A program made the position numbers and the translations under genes. Of a stretch of DNA of 64,000 nucleotides, positions 8,603 to 17,474 are shown in pieces (position 1 is the first letter of the stretch; each line of letters starts with the position of its first letter). Source of the stretch: Candidatus Pacearchaeota archaeon (GTDB lineage: Archaea; Nanobdellota; Nanobdellia; Pacearchaeales; GW2011-AR1); contig JBNLCO010000008.1 of NCBI GenBank assembly GCA_050303855.1, positions 1,236 to 65,235 of the forward strand, given 5' to 3'. The notes under the pieces were generated by a model, which was not told the origin of the DNA, made no database searches, and saw only the letters and a program-made list of their open reading frames with translations.

Positions 8603-10312
8603 TTACATTTCTTCTAAAGTTTCTATACCAATTAAATTTAAACCGTTCTTTAAAACAGTTCTGAAAGAATCAACAAGTTGCATTCTGAAGTGGCCTTTTC
8701 CATCTTCAGCTCCTTTTACAGGGCATGTATGATAAAACTCATTAAATGTTTGAGATAGTTGAGAACAGTAATTTGAAATTAAGGAAGGATTCATTGTTGT
8801 GTAAGCCTTACTTACAACACCGGGAAATTCTCCAAGTTTTTTCATAAGTCCAATTTCTTGTTTTTCCATTTCTTCAAAATATGTTTTCTTTACTAGTTTT
8901 TTGTATTTGTTTATTATGGAAGAAGCTCTTGCATAACTGTATAATAAGTAAGGCCCAGTATCTCCTTCAAAGCTAACAGATTCTTTAGGATTGAAAGTCA
9001 TATTCTTTTTTGTATCTACTCTTAATAGCATGTATTTTATTGCAGAAAGGGCTATTATTAGACTTCTTCTATCTAATTCTTTCTTAGATAGCTTTGCTCT
9101 TGAAGTTAATGATTTCTTAACCATCTTTTGAAGTTTATCAATTAAATCGTCTGCATCTACAACAGTTCCTTCCCTGGACTTCATCTTTCCTTCAGGAAGA
9201 TTAACCATCCCATAAGACAGGTGAGTTATGTTTTGTTTGAATCCGATTTTCTTTAGTAGAGCGTCTAATACTTTAAAATGATGATTCTGTTCGTTTCCTA
9301 CAACATAAATTGATTTGTTCAGTTTGTATTTTTGGAATTTTAATATTGCAAGATATAAGTCTTGGGTTATGTAAACAGAAGTTCCATCAATTCTTAATAG
9401 AACTTTTTCTCCTAATCCTTCTTTCTTTAAGTCTGCAATAACTGCACCGTCTTTTCTTTGTTGGAATATCTTATCTTTAACTGCCTTAAGGATTATGTCT
9501 TTACCTTGAGTATATATTTCGCTTTCGAAGAAGGTTACGTCGTGTTTTATTCCTACCTTTTGATAAGTTTCTTCAAATCCATCTAAAGCCCATTTATTCA
9601 TCTTTTTCCATAGAGCTAAGACTTCTTTATCTCCTGCTTCCCACTTCTGAAGTATTCTATGAGCTAAAATATCTAATTGTTCGTTCTTTTTTGCACGAGT
9701 ATTAAACATAACATAATAATCTCCTACAAAATGATCTGATTTTTTATCTTCGGATTTTGGAGTTTTATTTTTTCCGTATTTGTGGTAAGCTGCCATAGAT
9801 TTACATATATGGATTCCACGATCATTGTTTAGATTGGCCCTAATTACTTTTTCTCCGCTAAATTCTAGGATTCTTGAAACACTCTCTCCTATAGCCATAT
9901 TTCTTAAGTGTCCTAAATGTAATGGTTTGTTTGTATTTGGAGAAGGGAATTCTACCATTGTTGTAACTTTTTGTCTTGTTGAAGGTTGCCCGTATTGTTC
10001 TCTTTCCTTTAGTATCCTATCAATAACTTGGAGAGCGTGAGATTTCCTATTTATGAAGAAATTTATATAGGGACCGTTAGTTTGTATATCGGTTATACCT
10101 TCTGGAGGATTGCCCATTTTCTTTCTTAAGTTAATTGCAATTGTAGCTGGAATTTCTTTTAGTTTAGAAGCTAGAATAAAACAAGGGAAAGCGAAATCTC
10201 CCATTTCGTGTGATGGAGGAATTTCGATTAAAGGCATAATTTGTTTTTCAGTCATATCAATCTCTTCTTCTTTAAGAGCTTTTTTTATTGCCTTTGCAAT
10301 CACGTCTTTCAT
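8603..10312 (-). CDS. argS: arginyl-tRNA synthetase
   Basis: HIGH-like 'NKPLHLGHLRNMAIGESVSRIL'; typical ArgRS C-terminus '...LIGIETLEEM' ending in Met; 569 aa. Confidence 0.85.
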   Translation of the reverse strand: MKDVIAKAIKKALKEEEIDMTEKQIMPLIEIPPSHEMGDFAFPCFILASKLKEIPATIAINLRKKMGNPPEGITDIQTNGPYINFFINRKSHALQVIDRILKEREQYGQPSTRQKVTTMVEFPSPNTNKPLHLGHLRNMAIGESVSRILEFSGEKVIRANLNNDRGIHICKSMAAYHKYGKNKTPKSEDKKSDHFVGDYYVMFNTRAKKNEQLDILAHRILQKWEAGDKEVLALWKKMNKWALDGFEETYQKVGIKHDVTFFESEIYTQGKDIILKAVKDKIFQQRKDGAVIADLKKEGLGEKVLLRIDGTSVYITQDLYLAILKFQKYKLNKSIYVVGNEQNHHFKVLDALLKKIGFKQNITHLSYGMVNLPEGKMKSREGTVVDADDLIDKLQKMVKKSLTSRAKLSKKELDRRSLIIALSAIKYMLLRVDTKKNMTFNPKESVSFEGDTGPYLLYSYARASSIINKYKKLVKKTYFEEMEKQEIGLMKKLGEFPGVVSKAYTTMNPSLISNYCSQLSQTFNEFYHTCPVKGAEDGKGHFRMQLVDSFRTVLKNGLNLIGIETLEEM

Positions 10313-10350
10313 GTTGTTTTTAAGATAAAGAGGATTATAAAGTTTGTGAA

Positions 10351-10713
10351 TTATAGCTGGTAAAGATTTTCAACACAATCGAAAATATCATCAAGTTGAA
10401 GTTTCTTCATTAAATTGGATACGTTTGGTTGCAATCCAGAGAGAATTAATTTATCGTACCCTTCATTTATGTTTAGTCTATTGACCACAAGCAGGGCAGA
10501 TAGTCCTGAGACATCGATATTGGAAACTTTTTCCATGTTAAGGCAAGTTCTTTTTCCACCTAACCCTTTTATACCTCCCTCTCCAAAATACAAAACAGAT
10601 TCTTGTTTTATATCAGCTGAATTAGAAAAGTTCAAACTCTCACGAGTAATTTCAAGAAGGTTGTAACTATCATTTTTACCTTCATATAGTCTTAAGTTTA
10701 GTATGGGGTACAT
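10351..10713 (-). CDS. STAS-domain protein (SpoIIAA-like anti-sigma-antagonist fold)
   Basis: 'LNMEKVSNIDVSGLSALLVVNRL...LILSGLQPNVSNLMKKLQLDDIF' fits the STAS pattern, with a Ser at the SpoIIAA phosphosite-equivalent position. Confidence 0.55.
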   Translation of the reverse strand: MYPILNLRLYEGKNDSYNLLEITRESLNFSNSADIKQESVLYFGEGGIKGLGGKRTCLNMEKVSNIDVSGLSALLVVNRLNINEGYDKLILSGLQPNVSNLMKKLQLDDIFDCVENLYQL

Positions 10714-11171
10714 TATTTCTTAGAATTACGAGGATGTAATCTTTTTAATACTTTTTTATAATTTATAATTTCAATTTCATTAGATGCCAATTCAGAAATA
10801 TCGTTTATGTAATCAAAGAATATGTGACACCCTGTGAGTTCTAATCTGCTAAGAACATAATCCTGAATTCCGGCAATTATTGGTTTTGGGTAGCCTTGTT
10901 CTCTGTTTTCTGTCTTGAAAACTAGAAGAGAAGATATTCCGGGAGAGTCAATGTATTTTACTTCTTTCAAATTGATGCAATGTCTATCAACGTCTTTGAT
11001 GTCAGGACTTTCAAAATATAATACGGATCCTCTTTTTACTTCAGGTGTATTCTTTCTATCTATATTTTCAGCATTTATTTCAACAATACCATATTTATTT
11101 TTGTTTCCATGGTATATGCTATATTCAAACGCATTTATCTTTGGCTTAGAGTTAACATCAAAATATTCCAT
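10713..11171 (-). CDS. STAS-domain protein
   Basis: 'INLKEVKYIDSPGISSLLVFKTENREQGYPKPIIAGIQDYVLSRLELTG'; paralog of neighbours (shared 'YPKP.IAG'). Confidence 0.5.
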   Translation of the reverse strand: MEYFDVNSKPKINAFEYSIYHGNKNKYGIVEINAENIDRKNTPEVKRGSVLYFESPDIKDVDRHCINLKEVKYIDSPGISSLLVFKTENREQGYPKPIIAGIQDYVLSRLELTGCHIFFDYINDISELASNEIEIINYKKVLKRLHPRNSKK

Positions 11172-11211
11172 TCAGAATTCTTCATTTTATTATTTATAAA
11201 AATTTCTGTTA

Positions 11212-11568
11212 TTAGAGTTCATCTGTTGTTTTCACATAATTGAAACTTTTAGTTTCTCCAATGGTTTTAATCATCTTTCTTACTTTCTTATTTGCTCCGG
11301 CTATGGTGGGTTTCGGGTAATTGTGGTGTTTGTTTAGGTAATGGAAAGTAGAAATAATTGATATTATTCCTGTTCCGTCAACTATATTTTCTAGATTCAG
11401 GCAATTTTTACTGGCCTTCATCTCTTTGTGTAAACCACTACCAAAAAACGAAACAAGGTCGCTAGCAATTAATTGGGAAACATCTCCTGAAATGTATATA
11501 GATTTAACATTTATCACATTGTATTTTTTCTTATCTCCTTGTACTATGTAATCAACCAAATTCTCCAT
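11212..11568 (-). CDS. STAS-domain protein
   Basis: 'LNLENIVDGTGIISIISTFHYLNKHHNYPKPTIAGANKKVRKMIKTIG'; third tandem paralog. Confidence 0.5.
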   Translation of the reverse strand: MENLVDYIVQGDKKKYNVINVKSIYISGDVSQLIASDLVSFFGSGLHKEMKASKNCLNLENIVDGTGIISIISTFHYLNKHHNYPKPTIAGANKKVRKMIKTIGETKSFNYVKTTDEL

Positions 11569-11689
11569 TAAGGTTTATTTCAATCTTTGTTTATAAATGT
11601 TGCACGAAGGGTTTAAAAGGAGACGATATTTTGGAATATTGGATATTGATCTTTAATTTAGGTTTCTGATTTTTGTTCAAGATATTAAA

Positions 11690-11842
11690 ATGATATGTAA
11701 AGATTGTAAGAGTACTAAGATAAAGTCTAGAAAGAATTATCCTCATGGTTCTAAGTCTAGTCCTACTGTTTCGTCAACATGTAAGAACTGTGGTTCATCG
11801 AACATTGATAAGAAACCTCAGAGAAGATTTGGAAGAAAGTAG
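11690..11842 (+). CDS. small zinc-ribbon protein (50 aa), unannotated in ORF track
   Basis: MICKDCKSTKIKSRKNYPHGSKSSPTVSSTCKNCGSSNIDKKPQRRFGRK; two CxxC pairs; below the track length cut-off. Confidence 0.35.
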   Translation: MICKDCKSTKIKSRKNYPHGSKSSPTVSSTCKNCGSSNIDKKPQRRFGRK

Positions 11843-11876
11843 AAAGCTTTAAAACTGGTAAAAAGGAAACAATAAT

Positions 11877-12104
11877 ATGGATAACATAGATTTAGAAAAG
11901 GCTCTTAACGCTGAGGAAAAGAAGTCTGAAGATATGTCAAAAGAGATGGAAATAGGATTCCATCAAGGTTCTCTAAACACATTAGTGAATGAGAGAAACG
12001 AGCTTTTGAAAATGGCAGGCATTACAGAACAGTTAATGCAAGCTCATATGAAAAGACTTGAAGAACTTGGAGTTAAAGTTACTTCGAATGATTCTCAGAA
12101 ATAA
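11877..12104 (+). CDS. hypothetical small protein
   Basis: 75-aa ORF; stop codon directly abuts tRNA-Thr. Confidence 0.3.
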   Translation: MDNIDLEKALNAEEKKSEDMSKEMEIGFHQGSLNTLVNERNELLKMAGITEQLMQAHMKRLEELGVKVTSNDSQK

Positions 12105-12178
12105 AGCCTCCGGCGGGAGTTGAACCCGCGACCCCCAGTTTACGAAACTGGTACTCTAACCAACTGAGCTACAGAGGC
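12105..12178 (-). tRNA. tRNA-Thr (anticodon CGU)
   Basis: Reverse complement folds as GCCUCUG-UA-GCUC-AGUUGGUUA-GAGU-A-CCAGU-UUCGUAA-ACUGG-GGGUC-GCGGG-UUCAACU-CCCGC-CGGAGGC-U. All four stems pair; anticodon loop UUCGUAA gives CGU. Confidence 0.8.
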
Positions 12179-12240
12179 CAAAATACTCCTTGGATTTGAT
12201 ATAGACAAACTATTTAATTGAAGATCCATTAATTAATCTT

Positions 12241-12549
12241 ATGTCTGGTAATTTTAATGAAAAATGTTATGAAGTCCTTAGGAAAGTTCCGAAGGGAAAG
12301 GTTGTAACATATAAGGAAATTGCTAAAGCTTTGAAGTCTAAAGGGTATAGAGCTGTTGGAAATGCTATGAATAAGAACCCTTATGCTCCGAAAGTACCTT
12401 GTCATAGGGTTGTTTGTTCTGATGGAAAATTAGGGGGATTTGCTTTTGGAGTTGAGAAGAAAAAGGAGATGTTGAAGAAAGAGGGTGTTGAGATAGTTAA
12501 TGGAAAGGTTGATTTGGACAAGTATCTGTTTAAGTTGAATTTAATTTGA
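12241..12549 (+). CDS. ogt: methylated-DNA-protein-cysteine methyltransferase, DNA-binding/active-site domain only (mini-Ogt)
   Basis: 'PCHRVVCSDGKLGGFAFG' has the PCHR active-site Cys motif of the MGMT family; 102 aa lacks the N-terminal domain. Confidence 0.7.
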   Translation: MSGNFNEKCYEVLRKVPKGKVVTYKEIAKALKSKGYRAVGNAMNKNPYAPKVPCHRVVCSDGKLGGFAFGVEKKKEMLKKEGVEIVNGKVDLDKYLFKLNLI

Positions 12550-12590
12550 AACATATAAATCTATTTAAAGATTAGGAAAATGTTTGGATT

Positions 12591-12908
12591 GTGGCAAACA
12601 ATAAGAAAACCAATAAATTAGAAGAGATATTCTGGAAAAGAGACGAAGGAAGATTTGTTAATATTGAAGGTAAGGAAGTTGTCCCGAAAGCGATTGGTAC
12701 ACCTCAGATTTATTATTTGATGTCTTATGATATGTGTAATTTGAATGAATTAAGAGAAATTAAGGAGTTACTTTCATCATGGAGGGGGTCTACAGACGAA
12801 GTTAATGCATATATTAAAGGTAATAAAGCTGGATTTGAAGCAAAATATCTTAAAGGCGACGAAGAAGAGGTCGTCATGTTTACGGCAGTTCAGTTTTATA
12901 AGATCTAA
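12591..12908 (+). CDS. hypothetical protein
   Basis: 105-aa ORF, no motif recognised. Confidence 0.35.
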   Translation: MANNKKTNKLEEIFWKRDEGRFVNIEGKEVVPKAIGTPQIYYLMSYDMCNLNELREIKELLSSWRGSTDEVNAYIKGNKAGFEAKYLKGDEEEVVMFTAVQFYKI

Positions 12909-13009
12909 TATTGAATCAGTAAGATTTATAACTAATTTTGGGATTGTTTTTCTAGGTGGGTGTGGACTCAGAAGATCTCTCCGAGATTCTGGTCTTGCAA
13001 CACACATAC

Positions 13010-13093
13010 GTGGGTGTGCTAGAGTGGTCAAATAGGCAGGACTTAAGATCCTGTAGCTTAGTGCTTACGCAGGTTCGAATCCTGTCACCCACA
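13010..13093 (+). tRNA. tRNA-Leu (anticodon UAA), class II with long variable arm
   Basis: GUGGGUG acceptor pairs with CACCCAC plus discriminator A; anticodon stem CAGGA/UCCUG with loop CUUAAGA (UAA); long variable arm; T-arm GCAGG-UUCGAAU-CCUGU. Confidence 0.8.
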
Positions 13094-13094
13094 T

Positions 13095-15650
13095 TTATTC
13101 TTTTAACGGCAAGGAGAATAATTTTCTAAGGAAATTTCTAAGTGCATTAGCTATTCTTTCAAAGAACACTATTTTTGTTGTAGTTTCGGGTTCGGGAGAT
13201 TCTGGAGTGTAGGTTTCTTTTGTTGGAATCGCTTCATATATTTCTTTTATTCTTATTTCTGCTTTTGTTGAAGTTAGATTTAGCACCCATATTTCTAAGT
13301 CGTAATAGTTATCATTATTTAGATCCAGTTTTCTTATTTCATTTAGTTTTAGATCTAATATGTTATTTGAAACAGAAAGAGAGACTGAATTATTTGATAT
13401 GTTTTTTATAATGATTTTTTGAGATTCTCCATTTACAGGAAAAGAGACTTCAGAGTTTTTGAAAAGGTCTTTTGTATACCCTTCTATTATTTGTGTTTCG
13501 GACAGAATTATTTCAGAAGATCCTCCGCCTCCTCCAGAACTAGATGAACCGCCTCCAGAAGATGAACTTGAGCTTGTTACAGTATTAATGGTTAGAGAAT
13601 ATGGTGAAGAATTACCTTCATTTCCTGCAGAATCTTCGCAAGAGATTATCCAAGAATAAGATCCAGGAGACACAGAATAAGAAATTTCATTTTGTGAATT
13701 TAGAGTTATTGAGGATTCTGTTGATACCGAATTACCATTAAGGAAAAGGGAGCAACTAGTTATAGAAGAGTTATCTGAGACGTTATACTGGAAGGCAATA
13801 GATTGTGTTCCTGTGGCAGAATACCCGGATGTTGGAGAAACTAATGAAACTGTTGGAGCAATAGAATCATAAGATATTGAGTAGTTTGAAATTGAGGATA
13901 TTGAATTATTTGAGGAATCTTCTGAAACACAATTCCAAGAATAATTTCCTTCTGAAGTGAAATTGTAGGTGAAAGTTGTTGTGTTTGTAGTACCTGATAT
14001 ATTTTGAGTTTCGTTGTAGATTAAATCCATTGTTGAATTCCATAAATTGAAAGTTACGTTCGTTAATTCGTATATTGAAGATGAATTACAGGTGAAATTT
14101 GTTAGGTTGTTTGTTGAAGATTCATTTGAAGGATAGTATAAATTTGTTGAAAGTATTGAGTTTACTGTTAGATTAGAATTTGATGCTGTGTTGTTATTGA
14201 AATCGTATGCTAAGCAATTCCATTCATAATTGCTATTATTTAGGGTTACGTTCTCTTGTATTGAGATTGAGTTTGTTGAAACATTTGTAGTGTTTTGGTA
14301 GAATATTCCTGTTGAATTCCATATAGTCAAGGTTACGTTTGAAAGTTTTAGATCATCGGTTACATTACAATTGAATGTTTGGTTTGTTTCATTTCCAACT
14401 CCACCTGATGGAGAGATTAACGAAACAGTTGGAGAGTATTGATCGGAGTATTTTATTATGTTGTAAGAATTCGGAATTGAGAAGTTTGTGGATGTTGAGG
14501 AGTCAAATACGGTATCTGAGGAATTTATTATTACTTGTTTTGTATGGTTTGAAGTTATGTTTGTGTTGTGATATAACTCATATTGTTCTAGTAGAAGAAT
14601 CATTCCTGTAACCATTGGTGTGGAGAAAGATGTGCCGCTTCCAGTAGCATATCCGCTATTGTATGTTGATTGGATTGATTGACCGTAGGACATCAAGATA
14701 TCTGTAAAGAAAGAATTTCGGTTTGTAAATGATGAGATAGTGTTTGATTTTGAAATGGAACCTACTCTTGTTGCGTTTTGGATACATGATGGAGCTCCAA
14801 TTCCAGAAGTTGATTCATCATTACCTGTTGCAATTGTTACTGAGATATTGTTTGCAATAGCATCATCTATTGCGGAAGTTATTCCAGAAGGATCGTCCAC
14901 ATTATCACAATAACTCGTGTAAATACCTCCTCCAAGACTCATACTTATTACCGTAATGTTGAATTTTGTTGCATTGTTGATACACCATCTTATTGCCTTT
15001 TCAACATCATCATCCCAGAATGTTCCAGTAGAGTTTGAAGCTTTTATTACAATTAATTTGGAGTCAGGGGCAATACCTTTTAGAGTTCCATTTGCAGAGA
15101 TCACTCCTGAAACAAAAGTTCCATGACCGTTAACATCTATTGGATCAGAATCTTCTGAAACACAATTCACATCATCAGAACAATAGTCCCAACCACCCAG
15201 GACTTTACAATCCGAAGTTGGATCGTTGTTTCCAAAACAACCTCCTAGGTCTGCGTGTAAGTAGTTAACTCCAGAATCAATTACACAAGCGGTTTGGTGT
15301 AGTCCGGTAATGTTTGTATCTAGTTGGAAATTCCAGACGTTGGTAGAGTTTGTTAGTTGTATTGCATCATTTAGGAATAAAGATTTTGTTGGAATTAGTT
15401 CTATTGAAGATACATTAGGGTTTGATTCTAAATTTAAAATGTCATCTTCTGATATTAGGGCTGATGCTTTAGTTCCGTTTGAGTATTTTATTTGATTTTC
15501 TGGGAGAGGTAGAGAATCATTATAGTTAATTATTACTTTTACAGTGTCTGAATTTTGAAAGTTATCAATTACATCACTACTTATCTTTTGTTCTGCAGAT
15601 ACGAGTGAGAAAATCATTATGATTGCTAGTAAGATCACCAATTTTTTCAT
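13095..15650 (-). CDS. secreted subtilisin-like serine protease (peptidase S8) with long glycosylation-rich C-terminal region
   Basis: Signal peptide 'MKKLVILLAIIMIFSLVSA'; catalytic-triad motifs 'VIDSGVNYLHADL' (Asp), 'NGHGTFVSGVI' (His), 'GTSFSTPMVTGMILLL' (Ser); many N-x-S/T sequons; poly-Ser/Gly linker. Confidence 0.8.
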   Translation of the reverse strand: MKKLVILLAIIMIFSLVSAEQKISSDVIDNFQNSDTVKVIINYNDSLPLPENQIKYSNGTKASALISEDDILNLESNPNVSSIELIPTKSLFLNDAIQLTNSTNVWNFQLDTNITGLHQTACVIDSGVNYLHADLGGCFGNNDPTSDCKVLGGWDYCSDDVNCVSEDSDPIDVNGHGTFVSGVISANGTLKGIAPDSKLIVIKASNSTGTFWDDDVEKAIRWCINNATKFNITVISMSLGGGIYTSYCDNVDDPSGITSAIDDAIANNISVTIATGNDESTSGIGAPSCIQNATRVGSISKSNTISSFTNRNSFFTDILMSYGQSIQSTYNSGYATGSGTSFSTPMVTGMILLLEQYELYHNTNITSNHTKQVIINSSDTVFDSSTSTNFSIPNSYNIIKYSDQYSPTVSLISPSGGVGNETNQTFNCNVTDDLKLSNVTLTIWNSTGIFYQNTTNVSTNSISIQENVTLNNSNYEWNCLAYDFNNNTASNSNLTVNSILSTNLYYPSNESSTNNLTNFTCNSSSIYELTNVTFNLWNSTMDLIYNETQNISGTTNTTTFTYNFTSEGNYSWNCVSEDSSNNSISSISNYSISYDSIAPTVSLVSPTSGYSATGTQSIAFQYNVSDNSSITSCSLFLNGNSVSTESSITLNSQNEISYSVSPGSYSWIISCEDSAGNEGNSSPYSLTINTVTSSSSSSGGGSSSSGGGGGSSEIILSETQIIEGYTKDLFKNSEVSFPVNGESQKIIIKNISNNSVSLSVSNNILDLKLNEIRKLDLNNDNYYDLEIWVLNLTSTKAEIRIKEIYEAIPTKETYTPESPEPETTTKIVFFERIANALRNFLRKLFSLPLKE

Positions 15651-15698
15651 GAGTTAAATTAGGATAAATATTATATAAGCATTATGCATCTGAGGTTT

Positions 15699-16448
15699 AT
15701 GAAAAGGGTTAAGGAATGGATATTTTTGATTGTTTTAGTTGTTGTTCTTTTGGCTGTAAATTACAATCATCTTAATGGCTTTGTTGTGAATAATTTTGGA
15801 GATTTGGAGCAAGTTAAAGTTGATAGGGTTGTTGATGGAGATACGGTTGTAGTAAATGGAATTTATGTTAGATTATTGGGAATTAATACTCCTGAATCTG
15901 GGGAGAAAGGATATTATGAAGCTAAAGAGTTTTTGAGTTCTAGAGTTATTAATAGAACAATTTATATTGAAAGACATGGGAAGGATTTGTATAATAGAGA
16001 TTTAGCATATTTGTTTTCTGATAGTAGAGATAATATTAATTTGGAAATTGTTACTAATGGTTATGGAAATTATTATTTTCCTGAAGGAAAGAGTAAGTAT
16101 TATGATGAATTTGTTTCAGGATGGCAAGAGTGTGTAGATTTAGAGAGGAATTTATGTAAGAGGTCTTTTAGTGAGTGTTCTGCTTGTATTGATTTGGAAG
16201 AGTTGAATTATAAGGATGATTATGCTACTTTTGTAAATACTTGTTCATATAGTTGTTCTTTGGAAGGATGGGATGTTAAAGATGAGGGTAGGAAACATTA
16301 TACTTTTGGAGATGTTAGTTTAGATGAGGGAGAAATGATTGTTGTTGGAAGACAGGATTTTGGAAAAGATTATGTTTGGACAAATACTGGGGATACTTTA
16401 TTTTTGAGGGATGAATTTGGAAATTTAGTTCTTTGGGAAGGTTATTAA
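15699..16448 (+). CDS. membrane-anchored or secreted thermonuclease (SNase-like) with Cys-rich lamin-tail-like C-terminal domain
   Basis: 'VDRVVDGDTVVVNGIYVRLLGINTPE' is the SNase active-site region; N-terminal hydrophobic anchor; C-terminal 'WDVKDEG..HYTFGDVSLDEGEMIVVG' is LTD-like. Confidence 0.65.
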   Translation: MKRVKEWIFLIVLVVVLLAVNYNHLNGFVVNNFGDLEQVKVDRVVDGDTVVVNGIYVRLLGINTPESGEKGYYEAKEFLSSRVINRTIYIERHGKDLYNRDLAYLFSDSRDNINLEIVTNGYGNYYFPEGKSKYYDEFVSGWQECVDLERNLCKRSFSECSACIDLEELNYKDDYATFVNTCSYSCSLEGWDVKDEGRKHYTFGDVSLDEGEMIVVGRQDFGKDYVWTNTGDTLFLRDEFGNLVLWEGY

Positions 16449-16876
16449 TCGAAATGGTCATTAATCGTTTCTTTTCTAACACCTATTTTCTTTCCTAAAC
16501 TGAATTCAGCAATAACTTTCATTCCTTCTTTTGCTAAATTTGTAAGAATTTCGTTTTCTTTTTTGTTTGCTTTTATTATTAAATTGTATTCTGAAGTATC
16601 TCCGGAGTATTCTGGATTATTTTCTTGTTGGAGTCTCCAATATACTTCGTTATTAGATTCCTCCCAATACTTCTTTATACTGAATTTGTTTGCAAATCTT
16701 GAGCTATCTCCAGGGGTAATCTTTATGTCAAGTAATCTTTCTGTTAATTCCTCTCCGTTGTATCTAACGTTTTCAAACCAAGGCATAGATTCATAGGCAG
16801 TATTCATGAATTTTAGTTTTGAATTGAAGTTCTCTGGTTTTTGTATTTTCGGAGTCTCATCAAAAGTGTATCCCAC
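16445..16876 (-). CDS. hypothetical protein
   Basis: Track ORF begins with a non-ATG start and overlaps the upstream ORF by 64 nt. A more plausible start is the internal ATG near 16807 (MNTAYESMPWF...). Confidence 0.35.
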   Translation of the reverse strand: MGYTFDETPKIQKPENFNSKLKFMNTAYESMPWFENVRYNGEELTERLLDIKITPGDSSRFANKFSIKKYWEESNNEVYWRLQQENNPEYSGDTSEYNLIIKANKKENEILTNLAKEGMKVIAEFSLGKKIGVRKETINDHFD

Positions 16877-17037
16877 TTTTTTGCAAAAGCTCCCAAATTT
16901 TCTCTTACATTTCGGCTGTAAGGATTCTCTCCATAATCACTTCTAATTATTTGCGCTTCTAAGGTAACGGGGTGATATGCATTTTTGCCATTTATTATTG
17001 CAGAATTAAGGTATAATTGAGTATTTATCTCGGTCAT
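16813..17037 (-). CDS. hypothetical small protein
   Basis: Track ORF 16813..17148 trimmed to internal Met (MTEINTQLYL...); no motif. Confidence 0.3.
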   Translation of the reverse strand: MTEINTQLYLNSAIINGKNAYHPVTLEAQIIRSDYGENPYSRNVRENLGAFAKKWDTLLMRLRKYKNQRTSIQN

Positions 17038-17139
17038 TGTTTTTTTAGAGAATTTTACTTTAAAATGTTTATTGTGATTGTTTGAAAGGTTATTGATTAG
17101 TATAATAATGCTTTTATATTGTCTTGAGATAAAGTATTT

Positions 17140-17469
17140 ATGGATCAAAAACTAACCGTAAAAGTTTATGGGGAGTATGAGATATCTGATTTAGAGGAGG
17201 AATTAATTTTTCTAAAAAACATTCCCATACGAGCTATCCCTGTTGGAGAAGGGACAACGGATTTGGAAGTTCATTACTCCGGCAGGAACGTAAATGTTTA
17301 TCCAAAAAGCAATTCTATTTATAGATATGATCTCTTTGGGAACATTAACCATTGCAAAATTTCAACATTGCAGGATAGAATAAATCTAACTAGACTAAAT
17401 AATGATAAAGGCCAAACAATCAAATCTTCATATTCTTTCTATTACGATCCAAAAAACAGTTCCGAGTAA
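17140..17469 (+). CDS. hypothetical protein
   Basis: 109-aa ORF. Confidence 0.3.
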   Translation: MDQKLTVKVYGEYEISDLEEELIFLKNIPIRAIPVGEGTTDLEVHYSGRNVNVYPKSNSIYRYDLFGNINHCKISTLQDRINLTRLNNDKGQTIKSSYSFYYDPKNSSE

Positions 17470-17474
17470 GCTTT

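Noticed and set aside
12777-13035. Two overlapping opposite-strand ORFs (84 aa minus, 76 aa plus)
   Set aside because: They overlap each other and the tRNA-Leu gene plus its leader; artefacts of the GC-rich tRNA region.
16445-17148. Possible frameshifted single gene from two overlapping minus-strand ORFs
   Set aside because: The downstream ORF has an internal ATG (about 16807) just after the upstream stop (16813), so two adjacent small genes explain the data without a frameshift. The track start for the downstream ORF is a non-ATG codon.
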